The notes under the pieces were generated by a model. That model was not told where the DNA came from and ran no database searches. It worked only from the letters and a program-made list of their open reading frames with translations. Below, one piece after another: positions 49,511 through 62,597 of a stretch of DNA of 64,000 nucleotides. Numbering within the stretch: the first letter of the stretch is position 1; each line of letters starts with the position of its first letter. The position numbers and the translations under genes were made by a program. The stretch covers positions 54,624,001 through 54,688,000 of the forward strand of contig NC_058368.1 in assembly GCF_018350175.1 (NCBI RefSeq), given 5' to 3'. The DNA comes from Felis catus (Eukaryota).

Positions 49511-49789
49511 ACATACTTCTTACTTCAACCTATTTCTGTTTTCATAATTAAAGTATGTTTTCTTTTATTCAACATACAGTCAGACTGTATGTTATTTCTC
49601 CTTACATAAGTTTATATTTCTTCTCCCTTTTGCTACTCTCTTTTATATATTAAATTGATTACTATTAATTGAATTATATGATCAAAATGGTAGGCAGTTT
49701 CTCTTACCTGAATATTTTATCAGACCATTTTTATTTTGCACTTTTAAAGAAATTACATTGTATGAGTTTTAAGAACTTATACTATGAAG

Positions 49790-49972
49790 ACCCAGATCTT
49801 GGACAACTTGCTCAACCTGTCTGTGCCTTAGTTTCCTCAATTGTAGAATAGGGATAATAATAATACCTATATCATAGAGTTGCTTGAAATTAATTGAGTA
49901 AATATATATATAGTGATTGAATGGTGCTTGTCACACAGAACTGCTTGTAGAAGCTTTTGCTGTGGTTATTAT
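49790..49972 (+). mobile_element. MIR SINE
   Basis: atcttggacaacttgctcaacctgtctgtgccttagtttcctcaattgtagaatagggataataataatacctatatcatagagttg. Confidence 0.85.
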
Positions 49973-50235
49973 TGATTAAATATTAATTTTATGATACATG
50001 TACAATTAGCACAAAACTTTAAATCCAGCTTAAATTGGTCAAGATTTTTGTTGTGTTGTTTTAAATTAAAAAGGCATGTAGTTTCTTGCATTTGGCTACA
50101 ACTACTATGCTGATTTAGTAGTATAAATTCTGTTTAAGCAACAAATCAAAGACAAATCACTTCATGTTCTTTACTGTTAGACTTACTGTGATAATTTATA
50201 GAACATTAAAACACATGTATATTGAGGTATCTTTT

Positions 50236-50399
50236 CTGTTGGGAGAGAGAGAAAGATGGAGAGGGAGAGAGAGAATTTTAAGCAGGCTCCATGCCTGGCA
50301 GCGTGGGGCCCAAGGCAGGGCTCCATCATGGCTGTGACATCAAGACCTGAGCCCAAATCAAGAATCAGATGCTTAACTGACTGAGTCACCTAGGTGCCC
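50236..50399 (-). mobile_element. CAN-SINE
   Basis: Body ending gatgcttaactgactgagtcacctaggtgccc; TSD ttgaggtatcttt/ttgagatatcttt. Confidence 0.9.
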
Positions 50400-51447
50400 T
50401 TTGAGATATCTTTATAAAACACTGAAATATATATCATTATTTTTACATAAAAATTTCCATTTATCCATAATATATAATGCAAAGTAACATTAATTATGTT
50501 TCTCCTGTTATCTGAAAGATTAAGATCACATATAATTCTCAAATGTATTTCTTCCATTTGAGTATATACTATAATAGTGTCCAATATATATTTTTGGTAT
50601 TAATCATATTACATGCCATATAAGTCTCAGTACCTACATTACTCTGAAAGCAGACCTGAAACATGATTTTTGAGATGAAGAGAGACTAAAAACAGCACTG
50701 GCAAATTTACGTTAGTTTTTCACATTCACAAACTGTCAATTGTGAACCCAAATGTAAATTTCCAGATCAAGTAATTTTCTCAATTATAAGTACTTGCAAC
50801 TATGATGAATTTGGCCAATCAACCATTTTCTCATATTTTCTCAGGTGTCTACAACTCATAATTTTCAATGATTAACATCATTAATAAAATTATTTCAATT
50901 TGAGACATATTTATATGAAGTAAAAAAATCAAGAGAATTGAAATTTAATTTTCCCAGAAAGTAAAAGGAAAAAATAAAAGTGGATGTGTGAGTAGGATTT
51001 TGAATAAAAATGCAATACTATATTTTACTGAGTGTATACTATAATAGAATCAGTTATAGTCTGTGGGGAAACACAAATGAAACACAGTCTGTAGTCCCTG
51101 GTCTCAAAGTGAACATAGGCTTGAAAAGAGATAATCAAAATGTAAATAAATATATGTCATGCTGAAAGCTTGGTACTTAAAATAAAACTATGATCTAGAT
51201 TCAAATTGAGGAAAAGCATGAGCAAAAGAATAACTTTATCAGAGGCCAAAGGGAAGTTTTTCTTTTTTCTTTTCTTCTTTCTTCTTTCTCCTTTCTCCCT
51301 TCTCCCTCCTCCTCCTCCTCCTTCTCCTTATTCTTCTCCTCTCCTTCTTCTTTTTTCTTTTTTCTTTTTTTTCATATAATTCTATCCAGAACATCTTACC
51401 CTCAAAGCCAGTACTTATTAGCATTAAAGGAATATTCCTAATAGATA

Positions 51448-51850
51448 TGTATGCGCTGGATAAAAGTGTTTTACAGACATATTCTGGGTTCAGTGATTAC
51501 TAAATACCCATGAACTACACTACACTTCCCAGCTGACTTCAGAGTTAGTCCATGGAGTCGTGTGAAAAGTTCTGGCCAACAGGAATAGATGTAATAGATG
51601 CTTCAGGGTGACTCACGGCTCCCTTTGTTTTTTCTGTAACCATCTCAGAGGACAAAGATTGAAATTGCAGCATGGAAAGCTCAAGGAAACCTGAATCTTT
51701 AATCACCATATGCTGAGAAGGGCTAACCTGCAAAATCTCAAAACTTTCATTATCTTTAGGTAAGCAAGAAACTAAGTTTTGATGTGCTAAGCCACTGAGC
51801 TTTGGTGGGATGTCATCACAGTGAAGCATAATCTAACCCGATGAATATAG
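51448..51850 (+). mobile_element. Solo LTR, old MLT1 (MLT1I/J-like)
   Basis: actacacttcccagc...gttctggccaacaggaat...gtgctaagccactgagctttgg...cacagtgaagcataatctaacc. Confidence 0.7.
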
Positions 51851-52264
51851 AGATGGGAGAGTTCATATTCTTTTTTCTAAAGCTTACTTGCTTGTATTGT
51901 TGACAGGTATAATGCAATTCATTTTGCCGTATTTATGATTGATTATAAATCCTTTCCTTCTTAGTGTGCAATAACAAAGGGCTATGTGAGATTCAGTGAA
52001 GGCTGATGTGACTATCAAAGGAACATTACCCCAGCCTTTAAAAGTTTAGTACTGTAAAGAATATAAAACACAGCCCGTTGCTAATGGCTTGCTCCTTCTA
52101 TAGCACCAAACAAAACAGATCATGTCTCTGTTTTTGTTCCTATCTTATTTATTTATTAACTTACTAGGCACTTGTTTCAGACATTGTAAAATGATAATCG
52201 TTGCAAAACAGTCTGAAAAAGTCGTTTCTCTTGCTTTTATTAATTTTAATTAATCTTACATGTA

Positions 52265-52422
52265 TCCCATTTTATCATTTCTACACACAACTTTTTCACA
52301 TTTGAACATCTATGAAATTGAGATACATGTAAAAATCACTATGTCTTAGAATTACACTTTCTTTGTTACATAAAATATTGCTGTGCCTTAAAGTTGATGA
52401 TATTTATATTATATTAAATATA
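52265..52422. mobile_element. MER104-like Tc2/mariner MITE
   Basis: tttttcacatttgaacatctatgaaattgagatacatgt...tgtgccttaaagttgatg resembles recalled MER104 core. Confidence 0.5.
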
Positions 52423-54129
52423 AAGTGTTGTATTTTTTTCCTTAAGGACCATTAATTTTTAATTTTCTTTTTTCAGTTGTTAATTAACTTAAATATTTAA
52501 AAATACTTAGGTAAAAACAACGAGCTTAAGAGAAGATTCAGGAGTAAATAATTTAATTCTCAAAGGCGTCCCTACATAATTATTAAAAGGCAACACCAAA
52601 TGAAGGTTACAAGATCTAGAGACAATGCCAAATTTCATACTAATTAAGAAACTCCAATCATGATTCCAGCTTCTCTAACATCATTTATGTAGCTGTGTCC
52701 CCTTCCCCCCAAAAGATCCAATGTATTTCTGTGGGCTGTTTTCCTATTTGATTCACTCACCCATAAATCAGCTAGGTTACTCTGTATTCTTTGTACCTGT
52801 GTGTCTATGAATTTAATATCTCTCTCTGAACTGTAATTTTACATTTTATATAGTGGATAAACACATAGGCCTATTAGGCTTTCCATTTCAAATATTAAAT
52901 ACGCAAAACTATTTCTACCAAAATGAAATACAGCAAAAGTAGTGAGCACCATTATATAAAAATGAAATAAAAATAAATAGGCATTGGAAACAAATCACAT
53001 TAAAGTTAAGGAAAAAAAAGAAGCATCTTTCTACCTTCACACCAAAGCTGAGCATATCAAACTAAACTAATGGCTTTTGATATCAGTTCATTAGAAGCAA
53101 GATTCTGAGCTATTCTGCTCTGCTTTTACAGCGTGGGAAATTTTAGTGGTGACTATGTTTACTGAAAATAAATGTACTGATCTCATTTCTACACTAAATC
53201 ATTCTGTTGCAGACTTATTTCAGATGTAGGCTATTCATGTAACTAAAGGGATGGATTCTTATATTTTTCAAAGACAAGCATATCGTTGGTGTCAATAAAT
53301 TTAATATTTTAATTCTTATTTGCTATCATTACAATTTAAAATAATAATTATAACAAACCTTATGAATTATTTCAATTCCCATATCTGTTATCTTCTTGTT
53401 ACATACAGAAAAATGAACTTGATGGCTATAAACTTGGTAACCATTACCCTGTTATAAATTATCCAGCTACTGAGAAAGACAGAATATAATAGAAAGAATA
53501 CTGTACAGAATATAATAGGAGATCTGGGTTCTGATGCTGGCTTTATTCCTGTAACTAGAAGTAGATGTTGACCAAATAGTATATTCATTTTACAAACGAG
53601 AAGGTTGTTTCAGAAACATATAGCACTCACAGGCTATACATATTTTTAATCACAAGATGGCTTATACTTTGATGGTATTAAAATATTAATGAATTTTTGT
53701 GCTAACAACTCTACATGAGATAGAATGGAATTAAGTGAGTTGGATTTGTGAAAAATAGGTCGGCTAGTATGTGAAAGTGCACTGAACTACATCAGGAAGC
53801 CCTTTGTAAAAATAACCTTCATTCATACACATAGGGTACAGAAAATTCAGAAAAACTTGTTTTTCATAATACTGAAGAAATAGGTCTTTTACATACATCA
53901 GATCCCAGGATCCGGTGATGTTCTTAGCTTTTATTTGTAAAGCTAGTAAGATGTATATACACATGTGAGACATAGTATGAGAAACCCAGCTTTCTTTCCC
54001 ATGATGGAGACTTTCAACGAAATAATTTGATCTAAAAGAGTCAAGACACCATTTACTTTTCTAATATCCCCATTCAATTTTATTATATGACAATAAAAGA
54101 CATTCTAACTTCACTTCTGTGATAGGACA

Positions 54130-54510
54130 CTTGATTTATGGGACTTGTCATGATTCAACACTGGTTTACCTCTCCACCTCATCTTTTACTAGTCAGCCCG
54201 ATACACTATAATCTAGTCATAATCAACTGGTAAATTTCTTAAACATGTCCTAATGTCATTTTCATCTGAGTTTATGCAACTCTACTTTCCTCCGCCTGGA
54301 AAATTCTTCTTCTTGCTTATTACCTGGGTATATCCTACTACATTTCTTGTTTCAGCTTGCAGTTCTTTTCCTTCAAGAAGTTTTTCCTGATTCTCCCTAT
54401 GACGTTCCCATAGCACCCAGTACTCTCCCTCCCACAGCACTTACTACATTTTCATGAAATTGCCTGTTAACTTTTCATTTTTTCCCCTCAAAAATCACGT
54501 CTCTTATCTA
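54130..54510 (+). mobile_element. L2 LINE relic
   Basis: tacctctccacctcatct...ttcctccgcctggaa...tcctactaca...tccttcaagaagtttttcctga...cacagcacttactaca. Confidence 0.65.
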
Positions 54511-54669
54511 CATTGCAGACACTGGTCATTGTCCGGTCAAGTCAGTTCTTTGTATGGAGTAAGACTTGGATACATATTATTATTAAATAAATGTATACAT
54601 TAATATTATTCATGTGCTGGAAGCTATCACTAATTCCTAATGTCTCTCAATAGATTACACAATGTTTTG

Positions 54670-55130
54670 ACATAATGTCATCTAGGATCAAGGAAGTCAC
54701 ATGTTTTATTTTACATATATCCACATTCTAAAACATAACATGGATTTACAGAAGTGCAGACAAAACTGTAGCAACTATCAGTGAAATGAATAGTGCTCTG
54801 AGATAATAATTAAGGTGAGAAAGCAGTCAGAAAAGGATTTTCTGGGATGGTTGCATTTAATCTGACAAATAAAGAATGAAAAGTAAATATCATAAGAGTC
54901 AACGGAATGAGATAGGACATATATAAAGGCTCCAAAATGATGAAGAGAAACAAAGGCCATACTATTCAAACTAGACTAATGCAGAATGCTTTAAATTGTT
55001 CTTTAAAAAAAGAAAGAAAAAAAAGAAGCACATTACTCATTATTTCAAAACCAGAGATTATATGAGTAGAACTTTATTACAGAGTACAGACATATATTCC
55101 AGAACCTAACATTTTTAGAATTATAATTTG
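54670..55130 (+). mobile_element. CR1/L3 LINE 3' RT relic
   Basis: tctaggatcaaggaagtc (SRIKEV, cf. CR1 SRSREV), gacaaaactg (cf. DKLE), atatataaaggc (cf. YLKG), gaatgctttaaattg (cf. NGFKL) in the expected order. Confidence 0.5.
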
Positions 55131-55789
55131 ACTATTTTTATAAGAACTGAAATGGTAGTTTCTAAGGTTAGTATAACTATTTTTCACAAATTAAGAAGCA
55201 AAAAACTTATCAGACACATAAGTCCCGCATTTATGATACACATTTCCTTAGATAAGAAGAATATATTTGCTTCTGTTAGGCAAAACATAGCTTTCCAAAA
55301 TGAATTTTGGAAGTGTCTTTGTTTTACTGTCATAAAAATGCAATTTGTACATTTCACTGTTAGGGGATAAATGTAATATTCTATTAAATACAGAGAGAAT
55401 GATAAGAGTGAAAAACTACAAAGTTGCTATTTTAGATTTTCCTCTATGATAACTGTTACATGCTAAGAAGATGATAAAAGAAAGCTTGAGGAGGAAAATG
55501 TAAGCCAGTTTTAAAACAAACCCGTGACTTTGACATGTGACAACAAATGACAGTTTTCCACAATAAAGATACAGATAGGTATTATTTGATGGCATGGACT
55601 TTGTTGAAAATTAGTGACAGGCAATGGTTTTTATGTGATAGGAAACAATAAAATGAGTTGGAGAAAGAATGGTATTTATAACTGATGATTTCAGAAAATT
55701 TCTGATCAGGAAGGATAATATAGGGACCTTTAGTAGGAAGATCAGAGAACACTTATTATGGAGGTAGTTACTATGAACCTGCGGGGCAT

Positions 55790-55986
55790 ATTATTTAATG
55801 TTTATTTTTCAGAGAGAGGGAGAGAGCATAAGGGGAGGAGGGGCAGAGAGAGAAGAAAACAGAGGATCAGAAGCAGACTCTGAACTGACAGCAGAGACCC
55901 CAATGCTGGACTCAAACTAATGAACCGTGAGATCATGAACTGAGCTGAAGTCAGTCCCTTAGCCAACTGAACCACCCAGGTGCCCC
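55790..55986 (-). mobile_element. CAN-SINE
   Basis: Body ending accacccaggtgcccc; TSD gggcat. Confidence 0.93.
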
Positions 55987-58144
55987 TGGGCATTTTTTGA
56001 ATTGGGAAGCAAATATGGTAGAAGGGTAATGTATTTGATTACATTTCTTTTCAATATGCATCTTTAAAAAGGTTCACATATCCTGCAAGAAAGGGGACAT
56101 GCATAACATTTGTTTCAAAATTTGGCATCTATTGTTAAAATAAATTGAAGAATAAATGCAAAGTTGCTGCAAATTTTCTTGTCACTTGTTCTTGATACAT
56201 CTCTATGATTGATAGATTTGTTTTTATTTTCCTGATGTTTTATATTCTTACTTAGCATTGAGACTCAGATCATTGTAAACTTTGCTAAAAACTGGCTGCT
56301 AAGGGCAAAGTTATTAACATTAGAGACTGACAGTCTGATGGACAGCGTAATGATAATAATTGTTATTTAACTTTTATTTGCTACCTGGACTGTGAGAGCA
56401 CTAGGTAGTTTTATAATTCTTGTTTCCATGGGAAACCAGGCTAAGCACAATGATAAGGCTGTTATTTATGTGTAGTCCGTTAAATTACAGTCCTTTCATT
56501 TTATATTTTTACACATGACTGGTGTCCTCATTGATAGAGTATAATGCTATGCTTCATTATCTGCATTAAATTTTCATAAATATCCATTTTGGTTACAAAA
56601 TAAGATAATGTAAGTGGTTTTTAGAGAGCTGTCAGGATTATTTTCAGGACCTTTTTTATCATTTCAGGGAAAATAGTATTAAAATGCTACTGTATAAAAA
56701 GCTACCCTGCTTATCTTTAGAAAGAAATACATCTTTAGAATAAAATATTTCATACGAACTATAATGCATTTTATTATTTATAATTTCATGTATATTTCTC
56801 TCTCAAATGTGTGTGTATGTACATAAATTATGCGTACACACATTTGGGAGGTATATATACATACATATATATGTACAATATATACAATATATATAAAAGA
56901 GAAAATGAAATAATTTTCATCTTATAACACCTGAAAGGATTGTATTATATGTGAAAATTATTTGATAAAAAGAGAGCTAAAAACCCAGAAGTCAAAATCT
57001 ATAATAACCTAAGGAAAAAGAAACTTTACACATAAAAAATACACACGTATACACATATATATTTAATCTAATTTGTCATACTCTACTGTCCAAGAACATC
57101 TTCAAAAGTCAAAAGTAATGATGTAATAAAGTTATATAGTATATTTAGAACAGATGGAGTAATAAGTACTTGAATTTAACTGACTTGACTACAAGCAATA
57201 ATAATGTGACCTTCCTTTTTAAAAGCAGACTACATTATTAGAATGAACAATAATCAATAAATCACTGCATTTAAATATGAATTGTGGAATAAACTAATAT
57301 CACCTGAGATAAACAGATATATTTAAATTTCTAGAGAAGCATCACAAGTCCAATCTTGGAAAGATTAAATCTTTTTAAATGAATATTTAAGAATATCTTT
57401 TAATATGTTCCTATGTCAACATGTCAATGGTGAATATACGTTATAATGAATATTTGGATTTAAATGTTTTTGGCTTTCCTAGTATTCAGTATGTTTTAAG
57501 ATCACTTTTTATTTTTTTAGTGTAATGAACTCACTCTGAAGTTTTATATCCTTAAGGGTAGCATAATTTATGGTGGCTCTCTCTCAGTTTGGAAGTCAAG
57601 GAGAGGTTTATACTTCTTCTCACTTGTATAACTAGACCAGACCATGGAACTGAGTTTACCCAAGCTAGCAATAACTCACAGAACTCTGGATCATTAGCCA
57701 ACAATCTAAGGACTAAGGTGAGGCTGGACATTAACCATTGCAGCTTTGGGACAACAGGAGTAGTGGTCTTTGTCAAATAGAATGTCCTCACTTTGAGACA
57801 GATGCAATATTTCTGCATACTTCCTCTTGCCCTCAGAAGTTTCTCTGCTTCCTGTCTTTTCCCAGATTGGTTACCTGGAGTCCCATCTATGTAAACATCT
57901 CAATAAGCTGATAGATTCTCACTTAATTCAATGTGGTTACTATTTGAAATCATCAATTTATTCAGTTATTTCACAAATATTTGTTGAATGTTTGTATATA
58001 TATGTGTATATATATATATATAATTATATGTGTACATATATATATATACACACATATAATACATAGTTAAGATACATCAATGATCAATGTAGAGCTTATA
58101 ATCTGAGAAAGATAAACTATAAACAGTAAACATAGTAAATACAC

Positions 58145-58195
<51 letters not shown>

Positions 58196-58437
58196 TATAT
58201 ATTATATATACACTATAATAAGTCAGAAGTTGATTAAGGGTTAGGAAATATTAAACAAGAAAAAGGAGCTCCAGAGTTAAGACAGGCAGGAGCAAGAAGT
58301 GTGAAGCCCTTCATTTCTTCATTGACTCATCCATGAAACCTGTTATAATCCCACACAGGTTATGATTTGTGAGAAATCAAAGCACACTAATATTTATAAG
58401 AAGCCTAAACTGTTTCTCATAAGGAAAAGAGATGTTT

Positions 58438-58648
58438 AGGGTGCCTGGGAGGTTTACTCGGTTGAGTGACCAACTATTGATTTTGGCTCAGATCATGATC
58501 TCACGGTTCATGAGCTCGAGCCCTGCATCAGGCTCTGCCCTGACGATGGGGAGCCTGCTTGAGGTTCTTTCTCTCCCTCTCTCTCTGTTCCTCTCCCACT
58601 GGTTCTCTCTCTTTCTCTCAAAATAAATAAACTTAAAAAAATTAAAAA
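58438..58648 (+). mobile_element. CAN-SINE
   Basis: Head and tail present; TSD aaaagagatgtt. Confidence 0.94.
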
Positions 58649-59484
58649 AAGAGATGTTCAGTGTAAAATCTGTGGGGAAAAAACAATATGTTGCAAAACA
58701 ATAATTATATATTATTTCATTATATAAATTAGATATGTGAAGGGTCTTGAAAAAGATGATTCTGAATGTTCTTAGGGTTGCTTCCTAGTGGTAAAAATGT
58801 GAGGTATTCATTTAGTGTTTGTTTTCACTTCTTTGTTTTTCTCAGATTTCCCACACTGATGTGTATAAATACGTGTACTGATGTGTGTATGTATAACTCT
58901 GTAACTAAAAAATAAGTTAATAAAACTTAGTTCCCAGGCAAAATGATAGGAGGCTAATAACCTCGATATTCTTGTATCAAACTTCCAAATAAAGTAGCAA
59001 TAAGTCACCAAAAAATACAAAAATTATATCAGTGCAAATTTAAACAAAATTTTAAATCATTGATATATAATTAGAAACTGAAAAATTTCAACTAACTGAA
59101 ACACTCAAGGGAACTGAATACAAAAATATCAAGATTTATACAAGCACCAATTTTGAACTGGAATAACAATAAAACAAGAATGGAGTGAACAATTATTATC
59201 TGTGTACCATCTTGAACAGTTACATATGTTAAACCATTTTTTGAAAGGGTTAGCCCCATATTATTTGAATACACTGGTGACCTTGTGATTTAAAGGAAGG
59301 TCTGGATTATCAAAACCTCATGTCAATTGCCTACCCATAGCCACAGTGTTGTATACAAATCAACAAATAACCAAACTAACAAACCCAATCCACCACTCTC
59401 TCCACTACTTGGACAAAGTTATTCTTCCAGTGACCAGATTACTGTATTCCCAACACCCATTTAAATCTTGCCTCAATTTAAATA

Positions 59485-59487
<3 letters not shown>

Positions 59488-59532
<45 letters not shown>
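59488..59532. repeat. (GT)n microsatellite
   Basis: About 22 perfect GT units. Confidence 0.97.
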
Positions 59533-59533
<1 letters not shown>

Positions 59534-60439
59534 TATGTAACAATTTGTTTCGCAGTTGATTCTGAGATATTGGTCCTTTGTAAAATGTAGGTGGGAAAAG
59601 AAACTTCATTGCCCATCTAAAAGGAAACTCCAATCACAGCAGAATGTTGGTATCTTTGTCTATTCATAAAATAGAACACACACACACCATGATTTTTACA
59701 CCAGTTAAAAACAGATGATAAAATCTTTCAATCAAGTTTAACCAATAGTAGATTAAAATGTTTAATAAATATGTAGCTATTTCAAGTCAACATCAAAAAC
59801 ACTAAATTTCCAATATACTGTAAAAAGAAAACTTTCCACTTGCATTAGCACTACCTTAGGAAATTCCAAACTGGATCTTGTTTTCTATCACCACTGGTTC
59901 TAACCTGCTGTATCTGACAGAAGCATGTACTTTGGGTGACTACACTGTGCTAAACTGTTTCTGAACCTAACTAAACATTTTGGACCAATAAATAACAGGA
60001 TTTGTTTTAACAAATTGTGTACATATATAGAGCTTCATTCTGACTTATTTAGAATTTGTTTTATCCTTAATGAGTGATTTTTCCTCCTTTTTAGCATATA
60101 TAAGCCCCCTTGTTTTTCCCCTAGCCAACCACTCAGTGATTTTTTTTCACTACTATATGTTCTTTTCTGACAGATAAAATACTTTTTTCTCCCAATAGTC
60201 TTTGTTTCACGATGTAAGGGTAAATATGAGAATACATACTTTTAAGAAATCAAATGACAATGACTAATACAAATTTAAGAAAAAAAACCCTATTAACATG
60301 TGATCAGTGAAGAATGAAATAACAATGGCATTTCTTTCATGAATTCACATATTTATTTCTAACCTCCTGTCATGTTTAGGGTGAATATATGTGAACGAAA
60401 AAGATAAAGTAACTTTCTTTAACTCTGCTATTATCATTT

Positions 60440-60960
60440 TTAAATATGAAAAAAGCCAATGAAAATCTGGAATATGGAAAAATAGGCACTGTTATACACA
60501 ATTAGATAAACATTGGTGCAACAATTTTGAAAAGCAGTTTGATGATATGCAACAACACCTTTAAGTTGTTTGTGCTTAATAATTTCACTTCCTGAGACTC
60601 TATCTTGAGATAATTGCTATAAAAAAGAATATGCAAAATTTTTCATGTCTAGTTTAAACATAATGAAGAATTAGAATGCAAGGATTACAGTGGGGGAGTG
60701 GTACAGTAGATTATGATTAACCCATGCAAAATATATTCTAAAACACTGAAAATGAGGCTTATAAAACATATCTATGGAAATTTGGAGAGTTTTTATAAGT
60801 TACATTACATAAGAAAGCAAAATTTAAAAATTATATTAAGAATATAACAGTGTGTAAAATATGCTGAGAAAAAAACTATTTAATAACAAAAAAAACTCTT
60901 AATAACAATACATAGCAATTTAAAAATATATTTACCCTTTAGATGATTCCTCTTTTTTTC
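60440..60960 (+). mobile_element. Very old L1ME 3' region relic
   Basis: ggaaaaataggcactgttatacac...attggtgcaacaattttgaaaagcagtttgatgatat...aatttcacttcctgagactctatc. Confidence 0.55.
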
Positions 60961-62020
60961 ACATTTTCTCTTTACTTTGCTCATTTTACACAATGAGAAA
61001 CTTTTCCTTTTTTTCTATTTTTTGGGTTTATTTTGATTGTTGTTTTTGTATCATTTTTTTTTTTGGATGTTCAAATGTCAGGATATCAGGAATTAAAAGG
61101 ATTTTAAAAGTAATTTGTTTTACTTTTTTGAATGGTGTACAGTAATGGGTTGCTCTGTTTGGGGATTATATTTGCGTGTGTGTATATATATATGGACATA
61201 TACATATATACACATGCACACATACACATACATAGTTAGACTAAAGTAAGCTGTTATTAATAGAGCTATAATCTAGTGGCTTAAAAGTAGAAGAAGGAAA
61301 ATCTATTTCTCTGTGTGAATACAGACTCTGCAGTGTGAGTGAGTGCAATATTACAAACATGAAATCTAAACCCAGTACTCAAGCTGTTGATCACTGAATG
61401 GCCACTGAAGTCCACAAATCACAAAACACCAAGAACAAACCTGTAGTCCATCTAACTTAGATTTATTAGCTTGCTGCAGGCAAGGCAAAAAGCCCTCTAT
61501 TGGAACCATGTAACATCTTGCAGGCAGTTCAAACAGGTGGCTACCTATCTCCCTAAGCTTTGTTCAGAAGGCAGAAGGCATGAAGTTGGTGTGGGAATGT
61601 CTTTGCTCAGAAGAAAGAACTGTTAGTGGTTTTGCATTTGGTTATGTGACTTTTCAACATAATGATTATAACACCACAACCAAACAGCAAAACTAAAAGT
61701 ATTGAAAGCATTGCTGACCTGTGCTGTATGTAAATTGTATTTTTTATTATATGTAATAAATAAATGCTAATCATCCTGTTTCCTATATTACATGCTTAAA
61801 TTTCAAGGAAGAAAACTGAATTGTATTTATAAGAACCATTAATTTAAAATATAGCATAAATAAAATTTAAAATACATATTATAATTATTTTTTGAGTTTT
61901 TGTCATTAATTTTATAATATTAAACATTGATTAAACTTACGTGCACTAGGAAGTTAGCTATTTTTTCTCTAAATCTCAATCTTAAATACTTCTCATGGAT
62001 CACGTATTTCCATATTACTC

Positions 62021-62597
62021 TGAAGGGTAGCAGAATTCATGCCACCCCAAATAGATCTGTAGGAATTAAGGACATGCCATTACAAAACAGGGCACTTGAG
62101 TATACTGATCATTTTGAGCTGTAGGCACTTGAAAAATAGCAAATGCAGGGAGTGGCTCTCCCTGAACTCCCTTTATCTGCCTAAAGACAGATTCCTCAAA
62201 AGGAACTCGGTTGTCATAAATCCCCTCTCCTGGAGTTCCATCACCCAGGGAAGATTGACTCATCACAGGACAAGAGACTAGAAGTCTGCACCACACCTGA
62301 CAATTTTTGTCACAAACTATCATATCTCCCATCCATTCTACAGGCCCATTCAACTTCCTAAAAATTATTTATTCTCCCCTGAGAAGTCTATATCCCCTCC
62401 CCTTTCCCTATTAAGATAGTATTTCAATCGGAATTCTAAGCCACCTCAGGGAGTGACTCATTTTTCTTTGGGTATCGCCCACATATGTATGAGATATACA
62501 TGTTACTAAACTTCTGCTTGTTTTTATTTGGTTAATCTGTCTTTTATTACAGGATAACTCAAAAGAGTAGAAGTAACATTATTTGTCCTCTCCTACA
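62021..62597 (+). mobile_element. Solo LTR, MER34-like (ERV1 class)
   Basis: TG...CA termini; gccaccccaaa; gatcattttgagctgtaggcacttga; ttggttaatctgtcttttattacagg; end tttgtcctctcctaca. Confidence 0.8.

Noticed and set aside
51257..51372. Arg/Lys/Glu-rich ORF 51239-51424
   Set aside because: Translation of a simple (TTC/CTC)n polypyrimidine tract.
57552..57818. Overlapping 88-aa (-) and 63-aa (+) ORFs
   Set aside because: No recognisable domain or splice structure; more likely an old LTR-like or unique non-coding segment.
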